64,000 bases of DNA, from NCBI GenBank assembly GCA_010093995.1, contig ML992502.1, forward strand, positions 1,894,312-1,958,311. Direction: 5' to 3'. This DNA comes from Elsinoe ampelina (Eukaryota). The notes beneath the pieces are model-generated. The model worked only from the letters and a program-made list of their open reading frames with translations. It made no database searches and was not told the origin of the DNA. Shown piece by piece: positions 44,184-54,865 of this stretch (position 1 is the stretch's first letter; each line of letters starts with the position of its first letter). The position numbers were made by a program, and so were the translations under genes.

Positions 44184-47100
44184 TCACTCGATCCCCTCCC
44201 TCATCTCCCCCATCCACCCCAAGCCCAGTCTCGGGCTGCGATCCCTCTTCTGCGGCACCACCACCACCGCCGCCACCCCTTGGCCCTGCCCCTGCCCCTG
44301 TCCGATCCCCTGTCCCTGTCCCTGTCCCTCCCCTGCGCTCCCCTTCCTCGCCACCCCTTCGTTCGCCCCGCCGAAAGCCCCCGGGTTCGCGAAGGGACTA
44401 AACGTGCTCACAGGGCTGAATGCGCCCCCTACGCTCAGACCTTGGATGTGTTGACTCCCCTGCCCCTGCCCCTGACCCTGACCCTGACCCTGGCTGTGAT
44501 TCTGATTCTGGGTCCTGCCCTTCTCCTCCAGACTCGCCCCTTCGAGGTCGGGCATTGCGCTCGCCATTCTACGCACCGGTGGGCGGGCGGTGAGGTTCAG
44601 GCCTAATCCTTGTGCCTGGCCCGCTGCGGAGGTGTTGTTCCGGTCCCGGGGGGCCGTGGTCAGCGCCGGCATGCTGTCGTTGCGATGCTGAGTGCTTAAC
44701 TTGGACAAGGATGGACGGCGGGTGGAGTCCGTTGACGTCGCGGCGCTTGAGGACCCGGCTGTGGATGAGGAGATGTACGTGTCGTCGAGCGTCAGGGTGC
44801 GGGAGAGGGAGAGGTCGTCGTCGGAGAGTGTTTCAATCTGAGGGGCAGAGGGGTCGGCGTCGTCGTCGTCTTCGCTGAAGGAAAAGCTGTCGAGGCGAGT
44901 CGGGGTGTGTTTGAAGTTGGCGGCGGGGCTGGTGATGCTGCGCGAATGCAGGCCGGGGCGGTTGGAAGAGTGGTGGTCGGGGTTTGAGAGATTAGTCGTG
45001 CTGTTGACGCTGGCAAAGGCGGTAGGGGTCATGACTTCTCGTGGGGAGGTGTAGCGGGTGTCGGCGAAGGAGGCGTGGAAGGATGTGACGCTGGCGTTCC
45101 GGTCGAGTGATTTGTGGAGGATGGGTAACGTGTGCTTGTCGTAGAGGGACTCTCGCTCGTCGCTTAGGTACGAGGCACGAGGCATGCTGTTGCGCACAGT
45201 CTCGGAATCATCCTGGTCATCGAAAAAGTCGTCTAAACTGTCGAGCTTGAGAATCATCTCGTTCATCGCATTGTCCGCTGCAACGTCTTCTTGGTTCAGG
45301 ACAAGAGCCGAGTCATTCGGGAAGTAATTGTTGTAATGCTGATCCTCCATGAACTCAATCTTGGGCGTCCCAGCATCCATACCTGGCCTCGTACAAGTAC
45401 GCACAACAGCTTGCACATTGTGCCGAGTACGAGCTGAGTGGATAGCAGGCATCGGGATTGACCAACCTGACTCTTCAGGGATTCCATACAAGCTCTTGGT
45501 GCTGTCATATTCCTTCCTTGTAGCTCGACTAGAGTGCGACCCTGCCATGCTCATCCTGATGTGCTTCTGATCTAGAGGCGTACCAGTCATTGACATGACA
45601 TTGTCTAGCACATCAAGTGCTTGCTGACAGAAGCTGGTTTGAAGGAGTCGTAAAAGCGGTGAGATCAGATCCGGGCCTTGCGAGGCAAATTCAGGTTTCC
45701 GCATATCCACATCAGGGAGGATAATGCATAGCAGCTTCATCGTCTTGACCTTGAACCACGACAGCTGGTTGTTGAGCAATCCAATGAGGAAGACCAGACT
45801 CTCAAACTCCTGGCTCGGGAAGAATGCCAGGCGGATTGCAACAACGACCTTGGAGAGAAATTCACTCTCGGTACTGTAAGAGCCAACTGCAAACTTGTAC
45901 AAAGCAGTCGCCAATTCACCATGACCTTGAGCTTCAGCGACACTTGCTAGAGTGTCCGCAGCTTGTGTGCGTTCGTCGCAATCTTCTCGGTCTTCGAAGA
46001 ATGTCAGAAACCTCGGCAGATTTGCAAGCGTTGCAAACAAAAGCCTGTTGTCGTTCCCTACCAACTCATTTGATGGGATCTTGACGATGCGTTCCATGAT
46101 GTTGAGCGTTCTGTCAAGGTTGACGCCGGATCGCAGGCCTTTGTAGATGAGCGCCTGCAACCCTTCGAATGTCCCTTCCCAAGCTTCGGGCTTCCTGTCT
46201 GCGAACAATCTCACTAAAGCTGGATCGCTGAGGTCGAGTCTATCCAGTAATTGCTCCAGCATGGTCAGGGCTTCATCAAATTCTGGTTCGTAGATGGTGT
46301 CTAAACATGCGGCAGTGATCCAGAACAGTTGAGGATAGTTTAGTATCTCCACAGGATCGAGTCGCTTGATGATGGTTCGCAAAGTCATCAAAATCTCTTG
46401 TGAGAATGTCAAGTAGTCATTGTCGTCGTCCGCAATGGTGTTTGAGAGTCGCGCTAGCATGTCCGCGAGCATCTGCTGGTCTGGATTCTGCAGAATACAC
46501 CGGTAGATCTGGAAAGATCTGCATGCGACATGGCGGACGGGGCAGGAAGTGGCCCACTCAAGGGTGGTCTTGGCCCATTCCGCACGAATGTCGTACTCCG
46601 GTGCTTGTAAGCTGTACGCGATGGTGAAGACGCGGACGACCTCTTCGATCACGTACGTCATCTGCTCTGGCACGCCGCAGACGAAGCCGTCACCGGCAGA
46701 TCCAACGTCTTCGTATGCCCAATTGACCTTAGGATCGTGCTGTCTGATGGCTTCGATCAGCTCTTCGATAGATGTCTTGTCCGGGACAGTGCTGCCGGGC
46801 TCGATCTTGGAGATGACCAGCTCATGAATAAGGTGAACCAACATCTCTCGGGCTTGATCTTGGACAAGTGAGGTATAGTGATCCCATTGAGTGAGAACAG
46901 TCTGCAGCAGAACAGGCACCTTATCCCTTGGCAGCTGGACAGGTGAAACGATCAGATCAACCAAGAGCATAAGTGAGAGCTGACCAAGTGAAAGACCAGT
47001 CTGCTTTGCACCCATGGGCAAGATCTGGTTGAGATCCGCAATGTATGGCAGACCAGAGGTATCATTGGGGATAGGTAGTGCTTCTGGCTTCTCGTTCACC

Positions 47101-50100
47101 ATGGCTTTGGGTGTCAGCTGCAGAAGCAGGAATTCAATGACCTTGGATCCAGCTGGGGTCCCCGACAAGAAGACGACGACTTGTTTTGCGTAATCGACAA
47201 AGTTTTGTTCTCTCCTATCCAAGCAGACCGCGATGATGTAGTCAAGAACGACTTGGACGTTGCCACCGTGAGGTCCGGTGGCAAGAGCCTGCCAGAGCGC
47301 TTGGATTTCGTTGTGAAGCACATTGCTGCTGCGGACTGTGATCTCGACGAGATTCACCAAGAGCATGTGAGAGCTTGCTGTGGGTCGTCCCTCCTTGTCC
47401 ACCTGCAACTCAGCAGTCTGCAGCCAAGGTAGCATCGCCGAAACCATATTCCTCTGATGATCTGGATGAAGCTCGCGAAAGTAGGTGGAGAATTCCGAGA
47501 AGACATGGAATGCGAGGTTGGCATGCTCTCGAGACAGTCGCTGCGATATCTGGAATTGCGCGAGCTTGTAGACTGCGGTAGTCTTATCCGACACTGAAAT
47601 GTCCAAGTCCTGCAACTTGGAGCTCTTGCCCAGTCTTTCTTCCATTGTTCTGAGCATTCGTATCGACTTCATGCGAATATCGCTCTTCTCATTACCAAGA
47701 GTATAAAGTCCTGCCGACAAAACCTTCCAGAAAGGCATGTCGTGACGGCTATCCTGTCTCAGAACTTGTGTCACCACGTCAAAGTAACTGGTCAACGTCT
47801 TCTGACTCTGAGCAAGATAGCACATCTCGATTGACCTAGTCAACAAGTTGGGTATATCTGCGTTGTGGTCGATGAGGTTCTTGAGTGCTCTCCTACCCGT
47901 AGCGTGTGCCTTGTCGCTTGGAGTGTCGTTGAAGATGGTATCGATCCATTGTAGCATACGTCGGATGTCGAACTGGTGTACGTGGCCGTCGATAGTCATG
48001 GTCACTGGACCGGCACATAGCGCAGCCATGGCACTCAACGCAGCTGTTCTGAGGTCCTTCTTCTCGATCTCCAGAGCAGCAGTCATGCCGCCTCGAAGGG
48101 AGATGTCAGAGGCAGAATCGAGGACGGATTGCCTCATTGACTCCTCACGTTGAGCGATCCTTGTCTGATTTGGCGAGTATCCGCACCATTCCTCCATCAT
48201 GGTGAACGCTGCTCTTCTAGATTGGAACGACATCCAACGAAGTGGTTCCTTGGTCTTGCTGACACTCTCATACAAGACTTCGACCAGTCCACAGAAATGG
48301 GTCCTCAGCTTCTGGTACGCGAGCTGATGTTGAATCTCTTCGTCGTTCAGGAAGAATCGTAGTTCTCTCATAAAATTGACCACGTTGTTCAGGATTGCCT
48401 CATCATTGAGAAGATCGCCTTCGCTTAGACAGCGCGCAGTCAGCCTGTACAGATGGGTGACTTCTGTTCGTAGCAGATCGGTACGTCGGCTTCGTCGCGG
48501 GCTGCTGGCTGTCCGTTGGTGGTTCCCGAGTCGATGCTTAGCATCATCATTGCAAGCTGCGACCGCTGGAGCCAGTGCTTCGAGCAAGGGCTTGTAGAGC
48601 TCTTGTCCAATCGTGCCCAGCCCTACAGCTGCCGCCACACGCACTCGCTCATTTGAGGCGCCCAGATAGCTGATGACATGCGCGAAAAGATCTCGAGCAG
48701 ATGCGATACCAGCATCACCACTACTTGACTTGGAGCCTTTGCGGGTGTGAAGATTCGTAGTCGACCCAGAGAAAGACGGTGTTGATCCGGGGTTCAGCGT
48801 CGTGCACGCAAAGATCAGATGTAGCTTCCACTGCTCGACAGCCGTTTGTTCGGGTGTCAGAGTATGCTTGGGAGGTGCAAAGCGCGCACTGACGCTTGAC
48901 TCATACTGGGGCTCGGCGATCCGGTTGATGGTGGGCAAGGTGTGAAGCAGCCTAGAGCACACCAGTTGTCGAGTCAAGACTGTAGCGGCCCCATTCGTGA
49001 CGAGAGCAAGGCGGATCAATCCTGGGAAGACTTTGACCCATAGTGTAGAGTCGTGGGAGATCTCGCTGCTGCATAGCTCGACCAAAGTGCTTCCTACATT
49101 GCTCTTCCGAAGGCCCTTCTGCAGTCTACTGCGTTCTGCAATTGTGAGCTTGTCGTCATTGACATCGATCACCTTCTGCGTGCTCCCTTCCAGAATGTCA
49201 ATGATTCTGTTGTTGGACTTCTGTCCGAGGGCAATGTCGAATTTGCTGACCAGGCGAAGCACCCGAATTGCGAAAGATCTGACATGCCGCGATGGAGAAC
49301 ACAAGAAGAAGAGACCGTGTGATTCCACAACATCCACATGAGCTAGACTTCCAGATACGTCCAAAGCCTTTGGCTCGAATTGAGATGATATCGAGTCGTT
49401 TCGGACCAGTTCCGAGGAAACTTTCCTCGCGGGTTGCTGCAGTTGTTCGATCCATATCTCAAGCAACTCGACGTAAAGCCTCAGCGTACTTTCGATATGC
49501 GAAGGGCCAAGAAGACCTCCGTCTGCAATTGTCGAATACCTGTCGTCGAAGTTGAAGATAAAGTTGGAGAATCCGTTCGCGACTCGCTGTGATAAATCCG
49601 TATTCCTTGAGATGGACTTGAGCGACTGCGCAGATGATGAGGCAATGTGACCGTTCATGTGAGCTGTACCAGTACACAAGAGGTTAATAGTTGGCTGGAT
49701 GGCGCCGACTGGTAGGAGACAGCGGGGCAGTGCTTGAATAGCTACATGAAGCAGGTCGTAGAAAGTCTGGCGGACATCAACTGGACTGTATACCTCGTCT
49801 CGACGGCCGAAAGCAAAGGCGTCAGCCATGGGTGTCTTTGGAGTGTTGCCAGCAAGCTTCTCATCGAGTACGACTTGTCCTCCAAAAGCATTATCACACA
49901 CCTGGCAGATGTAGCCTAGAATCTGGCAGAAAGTGCCATGGTAGCCTCTCGTCGTATCGGAGAAGTTGGTAGTCATGATGGGTTTCGACTGCCTGTCAAT
50001 CGTGGCCGCTATCGACATTGAGGATTGCGAGACTGAACGCCTATGTGAGTGAGGAGACCGATTGTATGGATCCATTAAGGCATCGCATTCGAACGACAAC

Positions 50101-52127
50101 GGAAACTTTGGTTGTTCGCCTTTCTCGAGATCTGACATGATGGCAAGATGCGCCCGAATGCCGATAACCATTCTTTCCGGTTCGAGCACCTCGATTCTAG
50201 ACTCGCCTTTGCCGGCAAGTATGACATCTGCGTTCATAAGTGGAAATAGTATGCTGCGGAACACAAGGTCCTGACATCGGAAGCCGATGATGCGGATGAG
50301 CTGGATCAAAGGATCTGCAATAGACGGCTCGGTGGAGAGGATCGCCCTTTTTCCGGGCTGCAGTACCATCTTGATAATGTCCTCAATCTTCTTTTGTGGC
50401 ATCGGATCGTGGATCCTGTAGAGATACCGCCAAACAAGACGGCAAAGAGCTTTGAGTGCGTGAGACCGAGTCGATCTGTCTCGAAGCTTCGTTTGCAAGC
50501 CCATGGCGACTGCCTGCCAGTTTTGCGTGAAGACTTCTGCGGGCGAAGCGCATAGGGTGACGACCAAAAGGGGAAATGCCTGTACCCAATGCTTCGGCTT
50601 GACTAAGAGCTGGTTTATCCTCCCTCGCAAGGTGTCCAATACGACTCTCCATTTGTGGCTGTTCAGCTGAGCAGTAGCTTTTGCGGCGATCGGAAGCAGT
50701 AAGTCTTCGATGAGCTGACAGTAGGCGTGCTTGATGTCGCGGCCATGAACATCCCGGAAGTAATTAGCCAGTAGCTTGATCAGATCACAAGACTGATCCC
50801 ATGCCGAGTCGGGCGTTATGCGGACTTTCAACCAGCTCATGTTGCTGACGAGTAGGGCAGCCTTTCGCTCCATCTCCGTCTCCATGTGACCCTTGACGAC
50901 CAGTCTCGCTTGCAGTGCGCCCAGCTCATTCACATATCGGTCTCGGACGTGCTGGAAGCGAGGTCCACTCATGACACCTAGGAGTTGGCCGAACATGTTC
51001 CATTGAGCTTGCTTGATGGTCGATTGGTGCAGACTGTATGCATCCGTGGCACGCACTTGGTTCCAGATGACCTCTTCCAAGCGATCGGAGGTTTCGTCCG
51101 CCAGGGTTCCTGGTCTACATTGTGCGATAATCTCCATCAGGGCTCGGCAAAGGATGTAGACAGATATAGCAGACCTGCGCTCAGCCCTCTTCACTTCCTG
51201 GGCGAGTTCCATCATTCTCGGTGCATTTGGATCGATTGGCAGATTGGCAGTGCTTGAGTTGATGTGGTTTTGCGACTGATTGTGCATGCGCCTTGTTGTG
51301 CCATTGTACTGATTGCTCTGCGAATTGGACCTGACCATCTCCATTTCTCTGTATAGAGTCTGAGTCTGCTCGCCCTTGCCGCGACGCCAAAGCATCACCG
51401 AATCGATCAAGGACTTTGGCCGATCCCGACCAATGTGGCCAAGCGCCTTGATCAATTGATCGAAGCTCGAGTCTGAACCAGGGCCGCAAATGGCTTCTAT
51501 GTTGATGTTGGCCTCGCTTTGCTCCGCCATACACCGTTCAATCCGTTCGTCCGCCTCTTTTATGAAATTGGTGAGGAGATGGTGCAGAGCATACTCGCCA
51601 ACAGTCGTAAGGTCGGGCTGCCGGTGTTTCTGCCTCGAGGAGGACCTCTGCTTCTCATCTCGCGCCAATCTGTGGAGTCTCGACTTATCCGGGTGTCTCT
51701 CCCCATGCCTCTTGACTGTAGCTTGTACATCGCTGTTGCCGTGCGAATGTGAGACGAAGGTGTTGAGCGTGGAGGCCGATGGACTCTTGCGCAAGTGCGG
51801 GACTTGTGTCGAAGAGTGCAGCTGAGGCGAAGGATTCTTGCCGTTCGCATAATGCATCTGCGGGCTCATCGGACTTGAGGAGTTGTTCTGCGCGAGGTTG
51901 CTTTGCCCGCGGGAGTGTTGGACGCCATGGACTATTGAGGTCTGTCTATGATGGCCATATGAGACGGAAGTCTTTCGGTCAAGAGGGTCTCGAGATTGGT
52001 GTGGCCTCGAGTGAGAATGTTGCGATCGTTCGGAGCCTGTCCGTGAGGTTGCGCTGTATGCCCGGCCTCGGGTGAGGATTGGCTCTCCCTGTGCGCCTGA
52101 GAATTGCTCGACGCTCTGGCCCTCCAT
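44184..52127 (-). CDS. TAO3: RAM/MOR network scaffold (Tao3/Pag1/Mor2/Furry)
   Basis: 2647-aa ORF; TVGEYALHHL, LIDSVMLWR, WATSCPVRHVACRSFQIYR, DLISPLLRLLQT, LYGIPEESGWSIP. Confidence 0.93.
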   Translation of the reverse strand: MEGQSVEQFSGAQGEPILTRGRAYSATSRTGSERSQHSHSRPHQSRDPLDRKTSVSYGHHRQTSIVHGVQHSRGQSNLAQNNSSSPMSPQMHYANGKNPSPQLHSSTQVPHLRKSPSASTLNTFVSHSHGNSDVQATVKRHGERHPDKSRLHRLARDEKQRSSSRQKHRQPDLTTVGEYALHHLLTNFIKEADERIERCMAEQSEANINIEAICGPGSDSSFDQLIKALGHIGRDRPKSLIDSVMLWRRGKGEQTQTLYREMEMVRSNSQSNQYNGTTRRMHNQSQNHINSSTANLPIDPNAPRMMELAQEVKRAERRSAISVYILCRALMEIIAQCRPGTLADETSDRLEEVIWNQVRATDAYSLHQSTIKQAQWNMFGQLLGVMSGPRFQHVRDRYVNELGALQARLVVKGHMETEMERKAALLVSNMSWLKVRITPDSAWDQSCDLIKLLANYFRDVHGRDIKHAYCQLIEDLLLPIAAKATAQLNSHKWRVVLDTLRGRINQLLVKPKHWVQAFPLLVVTLCASPAEVFTQNWQAVAMGLQTKLRDRSTRSHALKALCRLVWRYLYRIHDPMPQKKIEDIIKMVLQPGKRAILSTEPSIADPLIQLIRIIGFRCQDLVFRSILFPLMNADVILAGKGESRIEVLEPERMVIGIRAHLAIMSDLEKGEQPKFPLSFECDALMDPYNRSPHSHRRSVSQSSMSIAATIDRQSKPIMTTNFSDTTRGYHGTFCQILGYICQVCDNAFGGQVVLDEKLAGNTPKTPMADAFAFGRRDEVYSPVDVRQTFYDLLHVAIQALPRCLLPVGAIQPTINLLCTGTAHMNGHIASSSAQSLKSISRNTDLSQRVANGFSNFIFNFDDRYSTIADGGLLGPSHIESTLRLYVELLEIWIEQLQQPARKVSSELVRNDSISSQFEPKALDVSGSLAHVDVVESHGLFFLCSPSRHVRSFAIRVLRLVSKFDIALGQKSNNRIIDILEGSTQKVIDVNDDKLTIAERSRLQKGLRKSNVGSTLVELCSSEISHDSTLWVKVFPGLIRLALVTNGAATVLTRQLVCSRLLHTLPTINRIAEPQYESSVSARFAPPKHTLTPEQTAVEQWKLHLIFACTTLNPGSTPSFSGSTTNLHTRKGSKSSSGDAGIASARDLFAHVISYLGASNERVRVAAAVGLGTIGQELYKPLLEALAPAVAACNDDAKHRLGNHQRTASSPRRSRRTDLLRTEVTHLYRLTARCLSEGDLLNDEAILNNVVNFMRELRFFLNDEEIQHQLAYQKLRTHFCGLVEVLYESVSKTKEPLRWMSFQSRRAAFTMMEEWCGYSPNQTRIAQREESMRQSVLDSASDISLRGGMTAALEIEKKDLRTAALSAMAALCAGPVTMTIDGHVHQFDIRRMLQWIDTIFNDTPSDKAHATGRRALKNLIDHNADIPNLLTRSIEMCYLAQSQKTLTSYFDVVTQVLRQDSRHDMPFWKVLSAGLYTLGNEKSDIRMKSIRMLRTMEERLGKSSKLQDLDISVSDKTTAVYKLAQFQISQRLSREHANLAFHVFSEFSTYFRELHPDHQRNMVSAMLPWLQTAELQVDKEGRPTASSHMLLVNLVEITVRSSNVLHNEIQALWQALATGPHGGNVQVVLDYIIAVCLDRREQNFVDYAKQVVVFLSGTPAGSKVIEFLLLQLTPKAMVNEKPEALPIPNDTSGLPYIADLNQILPMGAKQTGLSLGQLSLMLLVDLIVSPVQLPRDKVPVLLQTVLTQWDHYTSLVQDQAREMLVHLIHELVISKIEPGSTVPDKTSIEELIEAIRQHDPKVNWAYEDVGSAGDGFVCGVPEQMTYVIEEVVRVFTIAYSLQAPEYDIRAEWAKTTLEWATSCPVRHVACRSFQIYRCILQNPDQQMLADMLARLSNTIADDDNDYLTFSQEILMTLRTIIKRLDPVEILNYPQLFWITAACLDTIYEPEFDEALTMLEQLLDRLDLSDPALVRLFADRKPEAWEGTFEGLQALIYKGLRSGVNLDRTLNIMERIVKIPSNELVGNDNRLLFATLANLPRFLTFFEDREDCDERTQAADTLASVAEAQGHGELATALYKFAVGSYSTESEFLSKVVVAIRLAFFPSQEFESLVFLIGLLNNQLSWFKVKTMKLLCIILPDVDMRKPEFASQGPDLISPLLRLLQTSFCQQALDVLDNVMSMTGTPLDQKHIRMSMAGSHSSRATRKEYDSTKSLYGIPEESGWSIPMPAIHSARTRHNVQAVVRTCTRPGMDAGTPKIEFMEDQHYNNYFPNDSALVLNQEDVAADNAMNEMILKLDSLDDFFDDQDDSETVRNSMPRASYLSDERESLYDKHTLPILHKSLDRNASVTSFHASFADTRYTSPREVMTPTAFASVNSTTNLSNPDHHSSNRPGLHSRSITSPAANFKHTPTRLDSFSFSEDDDDADPSAPQIETLSDDDLSLSRTLTLDDTYISSSTAGSSSAATSTDSTRRPSLSKLSTQHRNDSMPALTTAPRDRNNTSAAGQAQGLGLNLTARPPVRRMASAMPDLEGASLEEKGRTQNQNHSQGQGQGQGQGQGSQHIQGLSVGGAFSPVSTFSPFANPGAFGGANEGVARKGSAGEGQGQGQGIGQGQGQGQGVAAVVVVPQKRDRSPRLGLGWMGEMREGIE
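44284..44492 (-). repeat. Two degenerate hexanucleotide tracts (about 44284-44335 and 44458-44492) encoding (GQ)n in the TAO3 tail
   Basis: ccctgc/ccctgt/ccctga units on the + strand; GQGQGQGQGQG in translation. Confidence 0.8.
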
Positions 52128-52710
52128 ATTCGCGGATCTGTGATAGACGGGCAGACTAGATCACCTGGGCTCGCAGCTTCTGGCTCGAAGTAGGTGGAAA
52201 TGTGCGTACCGCTGGCATAGCCATCTTCACGGCGGGGAGATGGTGCCTGACGGTGTACGAAACTTAGAAATCCATTGCTGTACGAGGTGGTGGGTGGTGA
52301 CAGGTCGAAAAGGGATGTCGGCCTGTATGCGCGTGGTCGACCAGGAGGCTGGAGTCGTACGGCGCAGGAATGTCTTGCAGGACTTGTTACGTGTGTGAGT
52401 GGAACGTGTGTGCTCGTCGCATGAACTCGCAGCACCAAAAAAACCCCAACAACGGCCTCGGATTGGTCCCGTTGGCGTTCCTGCAGAGAAGGATGGGCCA
52501 AGCTCAAGACAGTTGCAGATCTGCAGCTCTCCTGGACCGAGTCGTCGTTTTTCGGGAGGTGGGGGGGAAAGGCCGAACGAGGGCTTCTTCTTCGTTGCAA
52601 GGGTCCGGAAGGAGTGCATCAAAGTGCGACATGCAGTTCGAGGCATGGGACACGACACGACTCGGCACCCTGACATTGGTAATCACGATCTGTACCTCTT
52701 CGAAGAAAAA

Positions 52711-53644
52711 TCAAATGTTGACGACTATGGGATCGCTGTGTCCTGCTCCATCACTGTCATTTCCTACTGCCGCGTTGACAAGGGTGGTGACTCGCTGGCA
52801 CGGCTTCGACCCGGGTAGTCTCTCAGCAATCAGTGCCACTGCCATCCTCCAGAGATGCCACACTGAACCCTGCCCAAGCCTTATGACATCGTAGCTCCTC
52901 TGTAGCTCGTCAAACCGCACCTTCTCCATACCAATGACCAGGATGTATATGTCCGTAAACGTGTAGCCGAGGTCTGACTCTGTGGACTTCGTGGAGAAGA
53001 TGCGGGCAACCTGCATGCCGCTCCTTCACGCTGTCCATGTAGAGCATTGGGGCCCCATGAGTGACCAGAATGTCCGAATCTAGTGGTACGACGTTCTTGA
53101 AGACGTCGCGGATGGGCGGATACTGGTATGCCCACGTCCCGAATTGTGGCGTCAACGGCGACGCGAACACTTTGACATCCCTTCCAGAATCAAAACGCAG
53201 TGTTGCTGCGCTGTTACATAGATAGACGAGGCCTGAAAAATCTAGGTCGCTTCTGCAAGTCCCTGGTCGTTCGATGATACGTTCAGGGAATCTGTCGACG
53301 AATTCCGGGTCGAGCAGGAGATCATGGTTCCCTGCTATCACCACTTTGTGCCGGTGCGGTTGCTTCTTGAGCCAGTCCAGCTGGTCTTGTATCTCCTCAA
53401 AGGTGCCTTTCTCGGAAAGGTCGCCGGCATGAACCAGTAGGTCGCCATCGGGGAGGACGGGCTGGTAGGTGTGGGTGTCGGAAACGCAGACGACACGAAT
53501 AGCATGCCCCGTATTTCTTGCCAGGTCCACTCCAGATCTGGCACGACGCAGAGAGTAAATTCTTTCGGCGCTTTGTTGAATGAAATTTGTATTGTACTTC
53601 ATACCTTATCGCGGTGACACTTATCGACTAAAGGATGTGGCCAT
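52711..53644 (-). pseudogene. Metallophosphoesterase (MPPED1/2-like, calcineurin-like) pseudogene
   Basis: SDTH, HAGD, AGNHD, THG and GHIH motifs; two in-frame TAA (53621-53623, 53606-53608) after a good-context ATG at 53644; +1 frameshift at about 52933 separates the family-type tail (GMEKVRFDELQRSY...TLVNAA...PIVVNI*). Confidence 0.75.
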
Positions 53645-54086
53645 TTGCGACAGAAGTGGTTGTTGTTGCCTCGGGGCTATGGAATGTTACTACCAGGGTA
53701 GACTGGCTTTTAATAAGACAGCGATGAGGTAGGAAGCGCTCAGCCCGATGTTGACTTTAGTTGAGCTAGCGCTGGAACTCAAGGCGGAGGCGGCGCGGTA
53801 CGTGAGCGGCAAGACGAGTGGTTGTGAAATGCTCAAATGCGGGAGTGATCACATCAGGTCTAAATTGGAGGGTCAGGTACCAGCTATTTTATCTATCTAG
53901 TTTACATCAGTATGCATGAGCGGCGGTTACACAGACGTATAAGTTCATGGTTGAGTAGCTGCCTCAGAGGAGCTGGACACTCCCTCCAATTCCATACCGG
54001 TTCTCGATTGATCCTCCCGGTTCGATCAAGCGATCTTCAGCCCTTGGTCTTCCTCGATAAGACAATTTCAGACGATCACTAGCATC

Positions 54087-54845
54087 ATGGGATGTGGTGG
54101 TTCGAAGCCCCAGAAAGGTATCAGCAATATCGATCTCAACATAATGCAAATCTCGGGGCCTTCCGGGGGACCAGTACTCGTACCAGCACCCCAGCGAGAT
54201 CTCCAAGGACGACCTATCAGGCACACCGAGCATGATGTCAGTGGGGAGCGTCTCAAGATGGCCCTCGCAGTGGTCGCCGATTTCCTTGCGCAGAAGAACT
54301 TTGAGGTGACGCTGTACACTTGCGGTGGAGCCGTCAACACCATTCACCTCCAGAGTCGTGCCAGTACTGCAGACGTGGACTTCTTCTTGCCGAACATGCC
54401 GCCGAACATTGCAAGCACCATCGAAGCCGCTGCTACGCATGCTATCGCTAGGATGTCAGTGCCCTTGAGCGACGATTGGCTCAACAACACTCAGACCTTG
54501 ATGATCCCGCGGAGGATTCAAGCAATGATAGCCGAGGAGGCTCGCCAGCAGAATACCATAGTCTTCCAGAAGCGAGGGCTGACTGTCCTTGCCGTCCCAT
54601 GGTCGTATGCTCTGATGGCCAAGATCGACCGCATGTCCAATCCGAACAAGACGAAGGCATACGACCCTATCGATGCCGCTGTATACCTGCGGCAGCACAT
54701 CCAGATACATGGCGGCCATCCAGTCGATGTCCAGCAGTTGAATCATTGGCAGAGGCGATACGAGACACGTGGTGGTCGTGAGCAGATTCGAGCCGTATCT
54801 AGGGCTTATCTCGAAAGGTATCGCGAGCCAGGCATTGTCGAGTAA
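54087..54845 (+). CDS. Putative Pol-beta-superfamily nucleotidyltransferase (AbiEii/MenT/DUF6036-like) with an N-terminal lipidation motif
   Basis: GGAVNT...RASTADVDF (GG + RxSTxDxD), DDWLNN, AKIDR, YDPIDA; N-terminus MGCGGSK; intronless. Confidence 0.75.
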   Translation: MGCGGSKPQKGISNIDLNIMQISGPSGGPVLVPAPQRDLQGRPIRHTEHDVSGERLKMALAVVADFLAQKNFEVTLYTCGGAVNTIHLQSRASTADVDFFLPNMPPNIASTIEAAATHAIARMSVPLSDDWLNNTQTLMIPRRIQAMIAEEARQQNTIVFQKRGLTVLAVPWSYALMAKIDRMSNPNKTKAYDPIDAAVYLRQHIQIHGGHPVDVQQLNHWQRRYETRGGREQIRAVSRAYLERYREPGIVE

Positions 54846-54865
54846 ATTCCGCGACTTTTCGTTGG

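Noticed and set aside
51932..52700. Possible upstream coding exon for TAO3
   Set aside because: Candidate donors and acceptors did not give an in-frame join; only short uORF-like ATGs (about 52275 and 52224) were seen.
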